Shown here in pieces: positions 39,129 to 54,000 of a DNA stretch of 64,000 nt. Made by a program: the position numbers and the translations under genes. The DNA comes from the human T2T-CHM13v2.0 reference genome, Homo sapiens: assembly GCA_009914755.4 (NCBI GenBank), contig CP086569.2, positions 22,400,001-22,464,000 on the forward strand. The letters run 5' to 3'. A model generated the notes under the pieces. It worked only from the letters and a program-made list of their open reading frames with translations. It was not told where the DNA came from and searched no databases. Within the stretch, counting starts at the first letter, position 1, and each line of letters opens with the position of its first letter.

Positions 39129-42100
39129 AGCCAGGCAGGTGCTTAACGTCATGAGGGGGCACTGCTTCATCATCTTGGGATTTCATTCTGGGACAGAGAG
39201 TGTGAGCAGCAATAAGGTCCGATAAGGAAAAGGATACAATCTGGTGAGGTGTGGATTGTGTCCCACACCTGCACCTGAAAAAAAGGTGAAGACAGATGAC
39301 ACAGAAGTTGCATCCACCTGCATCCCCACATTCCGTTGATTGCACAAGCAGCCCACACCATGGCCCTGTGTTCAAGTGGGTATTCTCCAACCTGCCATTA
39401 ACATATGGAGTGCAAACTGGGGCTTTGCACTTTGAGGGTTTTCATACCCAGGGCCAAATGGGAGTGGGATGGATTGATGTGGGTGGGATGTGGCCTCCAC
39501 GCTTGCCTCTTCATTTTCTGACTTTGTGTTCCTCATTGAATTAGGGTTTCCTTGGTCTGGTTCACCATCTTCCACACAAAACATTTCCCAGTTCAAGAAG
39601 GATGACCCTCGTGGGAATTCATTGCATGAGTGTTTCCTTCTTAACACTCATGTTTTAGATGGCTGGACAGCCTTGATAGTTTTAAAATGTAAATTCCCAC
39701 ACAGCACCAACAGGGAAACTACTGATCTCCCACTTGTATTGTAGGGTGGCATGATTCCTTTAGGATGAGAAGTAGGCAACAGTGTCTAACTGTTGCCTGG
39801 TTATCTAGGCTCTGTTTCATTTCATGTGCACATCCTTTCTCATTGTCGCAGGGCTCCTTCGTTGGGCTGTTGCTGGATAGGACTGCCTCTTGCCACAGAT
39901 CTTTTGGCTTCCAGGGATTTCAGAGAGGAAACGGGACTTCAGATAGACTGGCTGAACTCCAGGTTGTGGGTCCTGGTTGTGTGTTGGGGGCTGAGGATGT
40001 TTGCACTTTGCAGAAGGATTTTTGGTGCTCTGACAAGAATCATTGAACATTGCTTGGACTCCAGCACAAAGCAGCCCATTCTCATAGGTGAGCATTGATT
40101 TTTCTTTGCTTTCCTGGGGTGTCCACATTGCCCATCAATAGCTTTACTGGACACCTTTTTCAGGCTTGCCATCGCCACAGACGGCCTCTTAGACACTGTC
40201 ACAAGCTCATCTGCCCACAAGCGAGGCCAGATCAAGGTGAGAGAACACTGCTCAACCTTGCATTTGCCTATGTCGTGGTTCCTGCCTTTCCCAGATAGGC
40301 CCTGTGAGGCCAAGGATGAAGGGAGGCAGTGAGGTAAAGTGATGAGCCATTTTTATTCTCTGAGGTCTTAGGTATGATTCCATCACATAAAGAACCCTCA
40401 ACTACTCACCAGACTCTATTCCAATCCCCGTCGGACCTGATTCTTGCACACAGACTCTTTCAGGAGTGGAGACAGAAGAGCCATCTCCAGCGACCACCTC
40501 ACAGTCTCGAAATACCTCCTCCTCCACCGGGACCTGACCAGCGAGATGACCCAGAGGGTCAATAAGGTCAAGACTTTTAGGGTCCCACAGTAGGTTATTG
40601 CAGACAGCCTTTTTCTCAATACCAGTCTAGCTCTGCCTGTACCACTTTTGTCTGCTTAGGCAGGCTGACAGTTTTGACAGCCAGGCACCCAAGCCTGCCT
40701 CATGAATGCGCCTGTGATAGCCTCAAAGCACCAGTCCTGAGCAGGGAGCTATTGCTAGCTTCACAGTGAATGCCACCATTGCCTAGTGACAAGTCCCTGT
40801 GGCTTGACAGAGAAGGAGAACTCCCTGGAGGTGTGTTGGCGATGGAATATTGCCTGTCTTGTCTCAGAGATCCACAGGACAGTCCCATGAATCTAGGAGT
40901 GGGTAGATGTGAGTCAGCCTGAAGAAACATCAAGCAGAGCCGCAGGAATGAACTTCAAAATCCCTAAGGATCCATAAGGATCTACAGGATGCCTCAGGCC
41001 TAATTAGACATTGTAAGGGTGAGTATTTTTGAAACTTATCCCACGGTGATTACTAGATACAGCCCGCCTGTGTTCCCTGGGGTTGCTCTCTCCCATGTGG
41101 GGCTTCCTGAAGAGCCATTCAGCCTCAGGAGCTGCTGGGCTGTGTTTCTGTTGGAGTGTTGCAAGTGTTGGATGTCTGCCTGACTGTGTGGCTTTGTGTA
41201 TTTGCAGGTGTATGTGTGGGTATGCATGTCTGTAAGCGGAGTCTGCTTATAGTAGAGTGGCTAACACATTGCAGCTCTTCTTTTTTTTCGGTAACTCAAC
41301 ATTCTGGTCGCCTGTGTGTCTGTGGCTCTGCTTGGACTGTGGGTCTCTGTGTTCTTTATTCTTCTGTGGATCGTGAATCTGCAGTGAATTGAGAGTCTGG
41401 TTGAGACCCGCCGGAGGCCAAACTACCTCCCCTGCCAAAAAAGAAAAAGGTACTCTTCTGGAAAGAAGAGGGGCACGTCATACCCAGGAATTGACGCCTC
41501 CCAGTGTTTCATTGTCCTGTGGCCAACCCAGGGAGGGACACCAGCAGTCTTGTCCACAGGACCCCTTGAATTTACCTCCAATTCGGTTCCCAGCCAAGCA
41601 CGTGCTTAATGTCATTAGGGGACACTCCTCCATTGTCTTGGGATTTCATTCTGAAACAGAGAGTGTGAGCAGCCATAAGTTCACATAGGGGTGAGCATAC
41701 AATCTGGTGAGGGGTGGACGGGGTCCTGCAACTTCACCTGCAAAAAAGGTGAAGACAGAGGACATGGACAGTGCTTCCAAATGCATCTCTGCATTCCCTT
41801 AATTGCACCAGCAGTGTGCACCATGACCCTGTGTTCACCTGGGAGTACTCCAACGTGCAGGGAACATTTGGTGTGCAAACTGGGGCCATCCTGGCAAACT
41901 CCTGATTTGAGGGCTTTCATTCCCATAGCCAAATGGGAGTGAGATGCATTGACGCTGGGTGGGATGTAGCCTCCACACTTGCCTCTTCCTTTCCTGTCTT
42001 CCATGATCCCTGTTGGCCTAGGGTTTCCTGGGTCTGGCTAAGGTCTTACACACTAAACATTTCCCCATTCATGGAGGATGACCCTCACTGGAATTCATTG

Positions 42101-45100
42101 CATGTTTCCTTCTAAACACTGTCACATTTTAATGACTGGGCTCCTTTGATACATTTAAAACCATAAATCAGCATTACAGATGCCATAAAGGAAACTCTTT
42201 TTCTCCCACTTCTGTTGGAGGGCTGCATGATTCCTGTAGGATGAGAAGCAGGCAGGCATGCCTGGCTTTTGTTTGGTAATCTAAGCTGTGTTTCATTGTG
42301 TCTGCATGTCCTTTCTCATTGTGGAGGAAGTATTTCATTGGACTGTGGCTGGATGCAACTGCCTCTCTCCACAGATCTCTTGGCTGCCAGGGATTTCAGG
42401 GAGCAAAAGGGAAGTTGGGTAGGCTGGCTGCACTCCAGGGTGTGGGTCCTGGTCTCTTTGTGGGGACTGGATTTGTTTGCACTTTGCAAGAGGATTTGGG
42501 TCCTCTGACAGGAATCTTTGATCATTGCTTGGACTCCAGCACAAGTCAGCTCATTCTCTCAGGTGAGTTTTGATTTTTCTTTGCTCTGCATGGCAGAGCT
42601 GCATGGCACAAGGCAGCTCATTCTCTGCAGTCCACATTCACTGTGGGTCCACAGTGACTTTCAACAACACTACTGGACACGCTTTTCAGGCTTGCAATGG
42701 CAACAAATGGTCTCTGAGACACTGTCTCAACCTCATCTGCACCTGTGAGTGCCCACTTTGAGGTGTGAGAACACTGCTCCACCTTGGACTTTCCTTTGCC
42801 ATGGTCCCTGCCTTTCCCAGAGAGCTCTTGCAAGGTTCAGAGTGAAGGAAGGAAGTGAGGTAAATGGCCCGGCCAACTTTCGCTGACAATACCTCTGTGG
42901 TCTCAGGTATGATTCTGTCAACCAAAGACCCCTGAACAACCCACCAGACTATATTCCAAACCCCATAGGAACCAATTCTTGCACACAGCCTCTTTTGGGA
43001 ATGGAGTCAGAAGAGCAGCATCCAGCAATCACCTCACAGTCTTGAAACTCCTCCAGCTGGACCAGGCCACAAAAATGGCCCGACGGAGCCCTAAGGTTGA
43101 GACTTACAGGGTCCCATAGTGCGTTATCGCAGAAAGCCTTTCTCCAGATACCAGGCTGGCTCTGCCTGTAGCATTTTCCTCTGCTTAGGAAGGCTCACAG
43201 ATCTGATATTTGGGCGCCTGTGCCTGCCTTCCGAATGCACATGCGCTCTTCTCAAGCTACCAGGCCTGAGCTGTGAGCTTTGTCTAGTGTTCACAGTGAA
43301 TGCCATTGTTGCATAGCAGCAAGTCCCTGTGGCTTGGTGGAGAAGGAGACCTCCGTGGAGGTGCGTAGGCGGTGGACTCTGGCTGTTTTCTCTGTGGGAT
43401 CACGGGATAGTCCCATGATCCTAGGAGAGGGCAGACGTGAGCCAGCCTGACAAAAAGTCAAGCAAAGCCCCAGGAATAAACAGTGAAATTCGTAAGGATC
43501 CAAGTATATCTGCAGGATGCATCAGGCCTGCCTAGACGTTGTAGGAGTGAGTCCTTTAGAAACTTGCTCCAATGTGATTTCTAGGAACAGACCACCTGTG
43601 TACCCCATGGTTGCTCTCTCCATGGTGGGGCTTTCTGCAGAACCATGCAGCCTCAGAAGCTGTCTGGCTGTGTGATTCTGTGGGATTGTTGTGAGTGTCG
43701 GATGTCTGCTTATGTGTGTGGCTTTGCCTTTGTGTGTGTGTGTGTGTGTGTGTGTGTATTAGTGAAGTCTGCTTAAATGAATGTGGCTAACACACTGTAG
43801 TGCATCCTTTGTTTGAGTCTCCCAATCTTTTGGTGGCCTATCTATGTGGCTCTGCCTGGGCTGTGTGGCTCTGTGTTCTTTATTTTTTTGTGGATAAAGA
43901 ATCCTCAGTGAATTGGGAGGCTGGCTGTGACCTGACAGGGTCCAAATCACCTACCCCTGCAATAAAAGCCACTCCTCTTCACACAAGAATAGATATCTCC
44001 CGCCATGTTTCATTTTCCTGTGGCCAAGCCCAAGAGAGACACTATCCAGTCCTGTCTGCAGGGCCCCTTGAATTTACCTAGAATTCTCTTCCCAGCTGAG
44101 CAGGTGCTTCAAGTTGTGAGGGGGCACTCCTCCATCATCTTGGGATGTCATCCTGGGACATAGAGTGTGAGCAGCAATAAGATCAGACAGGGGTGAGGAT
44201 AAAATCTGGCTAGGGGTGGATGGGGTCATGGAACTTCACCCACACACACAAAAAAAAATGAATGCAGATGACACAGAAAGTGCTTCCAACTCCATACCCA
44301 CATTCACTTAATTGCGCAAGCAGACCACACCATGGCTCGGTGTTCAGGTGGGAGTACTCCAACATTCAAGGAACATTTGGAGTGTCGGTTTGGGCTATCC
44401 TGGCAAACTCTGGATTTCAGGGATTTCATACCCAGAGACAAATGGAAATGGTATGGATTAATGCTGGATGGGATGGGGCTTCTGCAAGCCCTTCTCATTG
44501 TGAAGGGGCTCTTTCATTGGGCTGTTGCTGGATGGGACTGCCTCTTGCCACAGATTATTTTGCTGTCAGGGATTTCAAAGAGCAAAAGGGACTTTGGGTA
44601 GGCTGGCTGCACTCCATGTTTCAGGTGGTCCTTTTCTCATTGTGTGGGCTGAGGTTGTCTGCACTTTGCAGGAGGCTATTGGGTCCTCTGACAGGAATCA
44701 TTGAACACTGCTTCAACTCCAGCACAAGGCAGCTTGTTCTCTCAGCTGAGTCTTGGATTTTTCCGTGCTTTCTTCAGGAATCCACGTGCCTCTCAACAGA
44801 ACTACTGGACATAGTTTTCAGGCTTGCCATCACCACAGATGGACTCTGAGATACTGTCTCAACCTCATCTACACCCATGAGAGGTCAGTGCAAGATGTGA
44901 GAACACTGCTCCATCTTGGACTTGCCTTTGTTGTGGTTCCTGCCTTCCCCAGAGAGCTCCTGCAAGGCCGAGGATGAAGGGAGGCAGTGAAGTCAAGAGC
45001 CTGTCCGTCTTTTATAGACACCTGCCTCTGGGGTTTCAGGTATGATTCTATCACCCAAAGAACCCTCAAAAATACACCAGAATATATTCCAAACTTCACG

Positions 45101-46501
45101 GGACCTGATTCTGGAATACAGCCTCTTTCGGAGAAAGAGTGAGAAATGCAGTTTCCAGGGACCACCTCATGGTTTTGAAGCACATCCATCTCCAGGGGGA
45201 CCTGACCACGGAGAAAGCCTGAACGTGCTTTGAGGTTGAGACTCTTAGGGTCCCACAGTGGGTTTTTGCAGACAGCCTTTTTCCCAATACCAGGCTGTCT
45301 CTGCCTGTACCATTTTTCTCTGTATAGGTAGGCTGACAGCTCTGATAGTCAGGCAGTTGAGCCTGCCTCATGAATGGGAATGAGCATGTCTCAGGGCATC
45401 ATGCCTGATTGTGAGCTCTGGCTGGTGTCACAATGAATGTCACCATTGCTTAGACAAAAGTCCCTGTGGCTGGGTGGAGAAGGAGAACTCCATGGAGGTT
45501 CGTCGGTGGTGGACTGTCACTTGTCTTTTCTGTGGGATCCACGGGATAGTCTGATGAATCTAGGAGATGGCAGAGGTGAGCCAACCAAAAAAAAAAAAAA
45601 AAAGTTCAAGCACAGCCCCAAGAAAAAACTGCAAAATCCCTAAGGATCCAAAAGTATCTGCAGGATTTGTCAGTCCTGCCTAGACGTTGTAGGGGTAAGT
45701 CTTTTTGTAACTTGCCCCACTGTTATTTCTAGGTACAGCCCACCTGTGTTCACTGGAGTTGCTCTCTCTCGGGTAGGACTTCCTGCAGAACCACACAGCT
45801 TCAGGATCTGCCGCGTTGCATGTTTCTGTTACAGTGTTGTGACTCTTGGATGTCTGCATGCGTTTTTGTGGCATTTGTGTGTGGGGGGGTGTGTATGTAT
45901 GTGTGCACCTGTAAGTAGAGTCTACTTAAAGAAATGTGGCTAACACACTACATGGCTTTATTGTTTTGAGTGTCCTAACATTCTGCTGGCCTATATGTGT
46001 GACTCTGCTTGGGCTGCAGGGTTCTATGTTTTTTTCTTTTCTCTTTTTTTTTCTGTGGATCATAAATCCTCAGTGAATTGGGAGGGGGTCCAAGAACCTC
46101 TGGCATCCTAATCAGCTAACACTGCAAAAAAAGAAAAAGCCATAACAAAAAACAAACATCTCCCAGTGTTTCATTGTCTTGCAGCCAACCCAAGGACAGA
46201 CACTAGCAGTACTGTCCACAGGGCCCCTTGAACTTACCTCAAATTCAGTTCCCAGCCAAGCAGGTGCTTCAAGTCATGAGGGGGCACTCCATCATCCTGG
46301 TATTTCATCCTGGGACATAGAGTGTGAGCAGCAATAAGGTCAGATAATGGTGAGGATACAACCTGGTGAGGGATGGATTGGGTTCCTCAACTTTACCTGG
46401 AAGAGAAATGAAGACAGATGACACAGAAGGTGATTCCGACTCCATCCCTGCATTTCCTTAATTGTACAAGCAGTCCACACCATGGCCCAGTGTTCAGGTG
46501 G
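39129..46501 (+). repeat. Unclassified ~2.45-kb macro-repeat, head-to-tail. Units are at 39129, 41590 and 44091 (a short unit of ~2.16 kb), with a fourth starting at 46251
   Basis: Blocks recur at a period of 2.46-2.51 kb, for example cccagccaagcaggtgcttcaagtcatgagggggcactcc...gagtgtgagcagcaataaggtc, tggcaaactc..gagggctttcatacccag.gccaaatgggagtg and gaggatgaagggaggcagtgaggt. By eye the units are about 80% identical to each other. Confidence 0.85.
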
Positions 46502-47384
46502 TGAGGAAAGATGCCACCTCTCTTATTGTCTCATAAATCAGAAAAGGAAAGAGGAAGTAAAAACTAAAGAAAGGCAGAAATGAGATCAATAGTCAGAAAG
46601 CTGGCACCACACTCCAGGCCTGGTACTTAAAAATCAACACTGACCTAACCGCTTGTATTATCCATAGATTCCAGACATTGTATGAGGAAGAATTGTCAAA
46701 GTTTCTGTTCTGTTCTGTCCTGATTACTGATCCATGCAGCCCAGCCACATACTGATGCTTGCTCAATTGATCATGACACTTTCACATGGATCCCCTAGAT
46801 TTGTAAGCTTTAAAATCTGCAGGGATCTCTGTCTCAGGGAGCTCAGTTTTTGAGACACAAGTCTGCCAATGCTCCTAGCCAAATAAAGCCACTTCCTTCT
46901 TTAACCCGGTGTCTGAATGGTATTGTCCATGGCTGCTCCTGCTACATTTTTCAGTTCCTTGACTGGAAGCAAGGTGATTAGCATAAGGTTGAGGCAGCCC
47001 ATTAGGTGGCTTAGGTCTGCCCTGTGGAGCATCCTTGTGGAGGACTCCATCCAGCTTGAGTGTCATGGATCCTGAGAGAGCTCCAGGGTAGGCAATAGAC
47101 CCAGTGGAATGCCTCACTAGAGCAGTACACAGCAGGCTCCCACAAAGGATTGATGTAGTGGCTGTACACCAGGAAGGAACTGGTACTTGGAGTCTGGACA
47201 TCTAGAACATGGTATGGCTGGTCTTGGGAACTTGGCTACTCCAAGTGGAAGCATGGCCTGATACCCACGGCATGCCTTTATTGGAACTTTGGTTTAGGTT
47301 TTGCTTTTGACTTGGATTGAGTTACTTGATTTAGTTTGAATTAGAGTGTGTGACCTTTACCCTTTCCTTCTTGCAGTGTGACTA

Positions 47385-48420
47385 TTGTCTTTTCTTGGGA
47401 GAAAAAAGAATCAGACACGAAGTAAGTCCACCCTGCTAGGAACTATGCTGAAAAATTTCAAGAAGAGATTTAAAGGAAACTATGGAGTTACTATGACACC
47501 AGGGAAACTTAGAACTTTGTGTGAGATAGACAGGCAAGCATTAGAAGTGGGTTGGCCATCAGAAGGAAGCCTAGATAGGTCCCTTGTTTCAAAGGAATTG
47601 CACAAGATAATCTGTAAACCAGGGCACCCAGATCAGTTCCCATACATAGACACTTGGTTATAGCTGGTTTTAGACCCCCTGCACAGTGGTTAAGAGGACA
47701 GGCAGCAGCAGCAGCAGTGCTAGTGGCAATGGGACAGATAGCCAATGAAGGATCCCACTCCACCCGCCAAAGGAAGTCGGCTCCTAAAGTTCTGTCTGAC
47801 CCAATATGAGAAGACTCATGGCAGGAAATGGCACCAACTATGCCCCTGGCATCCTGGAAGGGTTAAAGAAGGGAGCTCAGAAGGCCAGAAATGTTAAAAA
47901 AGTGTCTGAGGTCATTCAAGGAAAAGAAGGGAGTCCAGCACAATTTCATGAAAGACTTTGAGGCCTATTGTATGTATACACCCTTTGATCTTGAAAGCCC
48001 TGAAAATCAATGCATGATTAACACGGCTTTAGGTCATCAAAGCACAGGAGACATTATAAGAAAACTTCAGAAACAGGCTAGGTTTGAGGGCATAAACACA
48101 TCCCTGTTATTGGAAATAGCCAATCAGGGTTTGTGAATAGAGATGCAGCAGGCCATAGAGAAAGCTGCAAAGAAAGCAAGCACCAAGCCAGGTGAAAGGC
48201 TGATCTCCTAGTCACAGCTATTAGAGGGGTCCACCCAAAGGGCCAAGGAAGGGGAGGCCCTGAAAAAAAAAAACACCCAGTTTGACCAACCACACCTGCA
48301 ACATAACCAGTGTGCATACTGTAAAGAAATAGGGCATTGGAAAGACAAGTGCCCCCAGTTAAAAGAGAAACAAAATGACTCTGAGCCAGAGGTCTCAAGC
48401 AAGGATGAAGTGGCCTTGTT
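47385..48420 (+). pseudogene. gag: ERV class I gag (MA, CA, and an NC CCHC finger CAYCKEIGHWKDKC at ~48307-48355); frameshifted
   Basis: ORF-track proteins are 47385..47663 (…PDQFPYIDTWL) and 47891..48136. They lie in different frames. Confidence 0.7.
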
Positions 48421-48439
48421 TAATTTGGCAGAAGAGTTA

Positions 48440-51400
48440 CTGGACTGAGGGGAACTGGGCTCAGGTGCTCCCTATGAGCCCATGGTCAGTATGAGAGTCA
48501 GGGGAAAAGACATTGAGTTTCTTGTCAATACTGGTGCAGAACATTCAGTAGTAACCACCCCGATCACCCCTTTATCCAAAAAGACTATTGATATATTCAG
48601 AGCCACAGGAGTCTCAGAAAAACAAGTTTTCTGCTTGCCCCAGACTTGTACTGTAGGGGGGCATGAATCACTATTCATTATGGCCCTTATGGTACACTGG
48701 GAGGAGGAATGGAGACTTTTCTTAACTAAGTCAGGCAAAGAGATAGGACCAGCTCTGGCTAAGTGGTAGCCCAGGGTGTGGGCAGAAGATAAACCTCTAG
48801 GACTGGCAGTCAACCAAGCCACCATACTCATAGAAGTTAATTTTGGGGGTCCAGCTGGTCAGGCAAAGACAGTGCCCAGTCCCCAGACAAGTTATTGAAG
48901 GTAGCCAGGTTCATCTCAAATGCCTCAGAGCCTTTGGAATTATAGTCCCTTGTCAGTCGCCATGGAACACTCCCCTCCTGCCTGTTCCTAAGCCAGGGAC
49001 TGAGGACTACAGGCAAGTACAGGACTTGTGCTTGGTCAGTCACACTACAGTGACTTTACATCCAACAGTACCTAACCCATACACATTGTTGGGTTATTGT
49101 CAGCTGAGGACAGGTGGTTCACTTGCCTAGACCTGAAGGACACCTTATTTAGCATCAGACTATCTCCTGAGAGCCAGAAACTGTTTGCCTTCCAGTGGGA
49201 AGAAAGATCCGGGGTTAGGTGTCACCACTCAGTACACTTGAATCCTGCTTCTCCAAGGGTTTAAGCACTCACCCACCATCTTCAGGAGAGGTGCTGGCTT
49301 GAGACCTCCAAAAGTTCCCCACCAAAGACCTATGCTGCGTTTTGCTCCAGTACGTGGATGATCTTCTGCATGCTCACCCCATGGCAGTTGGGTGTGCCAG
49401 AGGGACAGAGGCCCTCCTTCAGTAGCTGCAGAAGTGTGGATATAAGGTATCAAAGAAGAAAGCTCAAATCTGAAGACAGCAGGTAAGCTACCTGGGATTG
49501 AATATCCAACAGGGGGAACACAGCTTGGGGTCAGAAAGAAAGCAAGTCATCTGCAGCCTATTGGAGCCTAAGACCAGAAGGCAAGTGAGAAAATTCTTAG
49601 GAGCTGTGGGGGTTGTGCAGACTGTGGATTGCAAACTTTGCAGTACTAGTGAAGCTTCTGTATGGGTCTAAAAAGGGGAAGACCAGGAAGCTTTTGAATG
49701 GGGGTCCCAACAAGAGCAAGCCTTTTATGAGTTAAAAGAGAAACTCATGTCAGCTCCAGCCCTGGTTCTGCCTGATCTGACAAAGCCATTTACACCATAT
49801 GTGTCAGGGAGAGAAAAAATGGCAGTTGGGGTTTTGACCCAGAATGTGGGGTCCTGGCTGAGGCCAGTGGCCTACCTCTCTAAAAAACTAGACAGGGTTT
49901 CTAAAGGTTGGTCCTCTTGTTTGAGGGTATTAGCAGCAACTGCCCTGAAAGCACAAGAAGCAGATAAACTAACTCTTGGGCAAAACATGAACATAAAGGC
50001 CCCACATGCTGTGGTGACTTTACTGAATACCAAAGGATATCATTGGCTAATGAATGCTAGACTAAGCAAGTACAAAGCTTTCTCTGTGAAAATCCCCACA
50101 CAATCAATGAAGTTTGTAACAACCTGAATTTTGCCACCTTGCTCCCTGTATAAGAAAGCCCTGTTGAGCATAACTGTGTAGAGGTGTTGAACTCAGCTTA
50201 CTTTAGCAAGCCTGACGTGGGCATCAGTGGACTGGGAGGTATATGTGGGTGGGAGCAGCTTTGTCAACCCACAAGGAGTGAGGTATGCAGGATATGGAGT
50301 GGTAACCCTGGACACTGTCATTGAGGCCAAACTATTGCCACAGAGTACTTCAGCCCAGAAAGCCAAGATCACTGCTTTAATTTGGGTGTGAAAACTCAGT
50401 GAAGGTAAGACTAAAAACATTTACACTGACTCTTGGTATGTTTTCTCAACCCTCCAAGTACATGGAGCATTATATAAAGAAAAGGGGCTGTTAATCTCTG
50501 GAGGAAAGGACAGAAATCATCAGCAATAAATCTTGTAATTATTAGAAGCAGTATGGAAACCCCAAAATGTGTCAGTCATGCATTTCAGGGGACACCAGCA
50601 AGCTTCTACCATGGTTGCTTTAGGGAACTCCAGAGCTGACTCAGAGGCTCAAAAAGCAGCCTCCACCCCTACCAGGCATTGGTCTCAACCCCCCTGCTTC
50701 CTCAGGCACCTGACCTTGTACCTACTTGTTGTAAAGAAGAGAAAGACTTCTTTCAGGCAGGAGAGCAAACAGCAAAAGAGGGATGGATCCAGTTACCAGA
50801 CAGAAGAATAGCCATGCCACAGCTGCTAGGAGGCACAATTGTACTGGCTGTGCATGAACCTACCCCTCTAGTTCAGGAATCACTTAAAAAGTTGTTAGGC
50901 TGGTACTTCTACATATCATATTTGTCAGCCCTTTCCAAAACGGTGGCATGGTGATGTATTATATGCTGACAACAAAATGTGAGGGAGGGTGGAGCAATTC
51001 TGCCCAGCATAGAAGTTTATGGAGGAGCCCCCTTTGACGATTTCCAGGTGAACTTCACAGAGATGCCAAATTGTGGAGGTAACACATATTTACTAGTTCT
51101 TGTGTGTACATACTCTGAGCTGGTAGAGGCTTATCCAACACAAACTGAAAAACCTTGTGAAGTAACATGTGTTCTTCTTTGAGATCTTATTCCTAGATTT
51201 GGACTGCCCCTACGAATTGGTTCAGATAAGTGGACAGTGTTTATGACTGACTTGGTGCAGAAGACAGCAAAGGTATTGGGGATCACGTGGAAACCACATG
51301 CAACCTACTGACCTCAGAGTTCCAGAAAGGTGGAGCGAATTAATCAAACTGTTATAAATAGCTGAGGGAAAGTGTTTCCAGAAACAGGATTGAAATGGTT

Positions 51401-51500
51401 ACAGACTCTCCGTATGGTATTCTTTAAGATAAGATGTACTCCTTCTAAAAGAACAGGATATTCCCCTTATGAAATATTATATCATAGACCCACTCCCATA
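48440..51500 (+). pseudogene. pol: ERV class I pro-pol. The PR active site is mutated from DTG to NTG (LVNTGAEHS, ~48521-48540). RT motifs are PCQSPWNTPLLPVPKPGT and YVDDLL (49351-49368). There are also RNase H tail and IN segments
   Basis: ORF-track proteins are 48482..48769, 48843..49130, 49747..50127 (PDLTKPF...RPVAYLSKKLD), 50569..50811 (HFRGHQQAS...ADSEAQKAA) and 50979..51182. They sit in several frames and contain stops. Confidence 0.75.
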
Positions 51501-51899
51501 TTATAGGGACTCCCAGGCACTCTTCGATAGTTAGGTGAAGTTAAGTTACAGCAACAGCTACAAGCTCTAGGAAAAATTACACAAACAATTTCAGGCTGGG
51601 AAAATGAAAGGGGTCCTATTAGTTTATTCTCCCCAGTTCACAACTTCTCCCCCAGGTGATCACATGTGGATCAAGGACTGGAATGCAGCCCCCTACATCC
51701 ATGGTGTAAGGGACCCCAGACTGTCATTTTGACCACTCCCACCTGGTGAAGGTAGAAGGAATCCCATCCTGGATCCATCACCGTCGTGTAACACCTGCAG
51801 TGCCTGAGACCTGGGAGGTAAGACAAAGGCCAGACAACCACTGCAAAGTGACGCTCAGAAAGACGACAAGCCCTGCTCCAGTCACACTTTTAAGCTGAT

Positions 51900-54000
51900 T
51901 GGTCTACACATGATTGAATCATGAGAAAACTCATCGTGGGACTTACTCTCCTTAAAATTTGGACTTGTATAATAAAGACTGATTATACAATGCTTACTGT
52001 GGATGTCTTCCACACTACACGTTTCCCAGTTCATGGAAGAGGATCCTCAAAGAATCCATTGCATGAGTGTTTCCTTCTAAACACTGTCATGTTCCCAAAA
52101 TGGAGGACTGTTCCCTGTGTATTCATCATGTTACTGAGGTATGGAAACAAGTTAAAACAATCTTTCGGTTTATAGATATTTTGAATGCCTAGGAACTTTA
52201 AAAGAAAATTGCCTGTATAACTTCACTCAGATGTGCTATAACACATCTGAATCTCTTATGAACACAGTCTTTGAAATAAGATTAAGAACTCTCCCTTTTC
52301 TAAGTGTTACAAGTAAAATAATAGCTAAAACAGAAGAAAAATGAATCCCCAAACACAAAATCTTAAATTCTGATGCTTGTGTCACCATTAATATTAACCA
52401 TTAATGATAAGGATGTGGCTGTCTTGACTGAGAAAAAAGTTATCCAGCAGAGAATAAGTATATTTGAGTATATTTGCCATGAGTTAGGCCAATGTGATAA
52501 AGCATGTAATTACTGGTCCTGTGTCATTTTGGCTACCTGGAAAAATAATGAAAAATATCCAGTATGGCTTCAGAAAGGAAAGGGTGATTCCTCTTGCACA
52601 AGCAGCCACAGTAACACCTTAGAACCAATAATCACCAGTCCCCTAGACCCCCCATTGGAAATAGGGAAAACATGTAACTCTTGGGATCCATGTAGCTGGA
52701 CAGGATCCTTCAGTAAATATTTCAGTCAGACAAGAGGTCAAAATGTATTCTCACAAACCAGGGTTTCAGACCTTCTGTGATGAATTAAATGTGCCCATAC
52801 CAGAGTTCCCAGGGAAGACAAAGAATTTTTTCCTGCAGTTAGCAGAAAATGTAGTCCATTCCCTCAATGTTTCTTCCTTTTATGTATGTGAGGGAACCAC
52901 TATGGGAGACAAATGGCCTTAAGAAGCCCAAGAATTAGTGCCTACTGATCCAATTCCCGATATGATTACCATCCAGAAGACCCACACTGGCAACTTCTGG
53001 GTCTTAAGAACCTCAATTATTGGGCAGTATTGCATAGCTATAGAAGGAAACAACATCATCCTCCCTGTGGAAAGCTTCACCTGCCTTGGGCAAAACTGTA
53101 TAACAGCACAGTAAAAACAGCCACATGGTGGGGTTCAAACCACAGTGATAAAAATCTGTTTCATAAATTTCCAAAGTTGCAAACCATCTGGACCCACACA
53201 GAGTCTCAGTGGGACTGGACAGCCCATGCTGGACTATGCTGGATATCTGGGCATAGACCCTACACGATGTTACCTGAACAATGGGCAGGTAGTTGTGTTA
53301 TTGGCACCATTAAACCATCCTTTTTCTAACTGCCCATGAAAACACATGAAATCCTGGACTTCCAAGTCTATGCTTCCTGAGAAAAGAGGAGCATAGCTAT
53401 AGGCAAATTGAAATATATTGAGTGGCTCCCTAAAAGGATCATACAATACTATGGGCCTGCCACTTGGGCACAAGATGGCTCATGGGGATACTGAAACCCC
53501 ATTTACATGCTTAACCAAATCATATGGTTACAAACTGTCTTAGAAATAATCACTAATAAAACTGGCAAAGCTTTGAGTCTTTTAGCCTGGCAGGAAACCC
53601 AGATGAGAAATGCTGTCTATCAAAATAGATTAGCCCTCGACTACTTGCTAGCAGCTGAAGAAGGGGTCTGTGGAAAATTGAACCTAACCAATTGCTGTCT
53701 GCATATAGATCATCAAGAGCAAGTGGTCAAAAATATAGTCAGAGATAGGACACACCTTGCACATGTGCCATCATTTTGGCTACCTGGAAAAAGAATGAAA
53801 AATATCAATTGACATTGGTTTGATCCTGGATCAATATTTGGAAAATGGTTTCCAGTGATAGGAAAATTTAAAATTTTTATAGTAGGAAGAAAAATAGTAA
53901 TAGGAACATGCTTATTTCTCCCCTGCTTGCTACTCATACTCCTTCAAATAATGCGAGCTTTGTTACTGCCATGGTCCCCCAAAATGCTTCAGCACCTGTA
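51900..54000 (+). pseudogene. env: ERV class I env (SU fragments, plus TM with an immunosuppressive-domain-like motif [19 protein letters not shown])
   Basis: ORF-track proteins are 52373..52780, 53030..53329 and 53507..53812. Confidence 0.65.

Noticed and set aside
44262-44849. 195-aa ORF inside macro-repeat unit 3
   Set aside because: The other units carry stops or frameshifts at the same position. It has no recognisable domain. It is most likely a chance open frame.
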